56,737 nucleotides of DNA from an uncultured Alphaproteobacteria bacterium (GTDB lineage: Bacteria > Pseudomonadota > Alphaproteobacteria > HIMB59 > GCA-002718135). This document shows, in pieces, positions 56,383-56,737 of this stretch. Below the pieces are notes generated by a model, which saw only the letters and a list, made by a program, of their open reading frames with translations, searched no databases and was not told where the DNA came from. Both the position numbers and the translations under genes were made by a program. The stretch is from NCBI GenBank assembly GCA_902589095.1, contig CACIRR010000002.1, positions 1 through 56,737 on the forward strand, in the 5' to 3' direction. The stretch's first letter is position 1; the number at the start of each line of letters is the position of its first letter.

Positions 56383-56737
56383 CTGTACCAAATCATATTT
56401 TAGATAAATTTCCCAAACTATCCTCCGGACATCTACTTAAGAATCTTGAGTTACCTGTAGGAAAAAATAAGATTATATTAGACACTGATACTGCAAATGA
56501 GATTGACGATCAGTTTGCTTTAGCTTGGGCTCTTTTATCATCTGATAAAATAGATTTATTAGGAGTTACAGCTGAGCCTTACTCTTTTCAGCATCATAAA
56601 GATGAGCTTTTGGAGGCCTATGATATTATTTCAAATAATAAAAAAATTGATAAATCAAATGAAGAGTTAATTGCATCTTATCATAGTTGGGTAAACGGAT
56701 TGATAGAGTCTAAAACTCATCCTAATGATATTTATTT
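56379..56737 (+). CDS. inosine-uridine-preferring nucleoside hydrolase fold protein (3' end outside the window)
   Basis: N-terminal metal/ribose-binding motif DTDTANEIDDQFALAWALL (DxDxxxDD). It has an ATGA overlap with the regulator gene. Confidence 0.7.
   Translation, partial: MTVPNHILDKFPKLSSGHLLKNLELPVGKNKIILDTDTANEIDDQFALAWALLSSDKIDLLGVTAEPYSFQHHKDELLEAYDIISNNKKIDKSNEELIASYHSWVNGLIESKTHPNDIY

Noticed and set aside
1-56737. Many 60-145 aa ORFs in the six-frame track lie antisense or out of frame inside long ORFs. Examples: 1669-1866, 2817-3041, 3308-3580, 7846-8067, 8255-8452, 14522-14767, 15376-15576, 15644-15976, 17173-17406, 17718-17930, 20097-20315, 21016-21297, 22224-22421, 22638-22829, 23029-23466, 26849-27097, 28384-28668, 29324-29509, 32021-32302, 33985-34176, 37759-37980, 40587-40769, 41335-41547, 41560-41862, 42769-43026, 43915-44163, 43970-44167, 44171-44353, 44262-44525, 44592-44780, 48583-48807, 49587-49841, 50210-50416, 51208-51390, 55181-55378.
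   Set aside because: Each is nested in a longer ORF whose translation carries recognisable family motifs. The shadow ORFs have low-complexity, Ile/Phe/Ser/Lys-rich translations typical of non-coding frames in AT-rich DNA, with no motifs or ribosome-binding sites.
1-56737. Search for mobile elements, prophage, CRISPR arrays, tRNA or rRNA genes, and defence systems.
   Set aside because: I saw no transposase, integrase or recombinase-like translations. There are no spaced direct-repeat arrays and no tRNA-like cloverleaf sequences (no GTTCGAATC-type T-arms) in the few spacers. No nuclease, helicase or methylase clusters are present. The window appears to be ordinary chromosome plus one metabolic accessory block.

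Overview
The window is very AT-rich (about 30% G+C by eye, not computed). It is extremely gene-dense, with many 1-23 nt gene overlaps and ATGA/TGATG junctions. It contains no rRNA, tRNA, CRISPR array, IS element, integrase or phage block that I can see. Composition, packing and gene content (argS-SPOR-scpAB-tatABC-serS-pcm, a tandem glycine riboswitch on gcvTHP, metY, many transporters) suggest a streamlined marine alphaproteobacterium of SAR11/Pelagibacterales type; this is inference, not a database hit. Positions 1-45 kb are mostly housekeeping and small-molecule metabolism: the glycine cleavage system, a cysE/CBS-like/cystathionine-lyase sulfur cluster, metY, glpX, a MacAB-type efflux system, and a nine-gene minus-strand array with a photolyase-related protein. 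The most unusual part is 45.2-56.7 kb. There, two GntR regulators bracket a divergent locus that encodes a signal-peptide-less GH51-like furanosidase translationally coupled to an ABC importer, a FucI/AraA-family isomerase-like protein, a TPP-dependent E1 alpha/beta pair with no E2/E3 in view, and a nucleoside-hydrolase-fold enzyme. A repeated TAAATGTTATAA / TGTTATAACA motif sits in the divergent promoter region. I propose this as a candidate uncharacterised, kinase-less pentofuranoside/glycoside catabolic system. Other points worth checking:
- an orphan structured-RNA candidate with an intrinsic terminator upstream of a deaminase gene
- a possible SAM-II/V-like pseudoknot in the metY leader
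- a BacNaV-type channel with a non-canonical TLSSWET filter
- a photolyase FAD-domain-first protein

All product calls rest on motifs read from the supplied translations. No searches were run.
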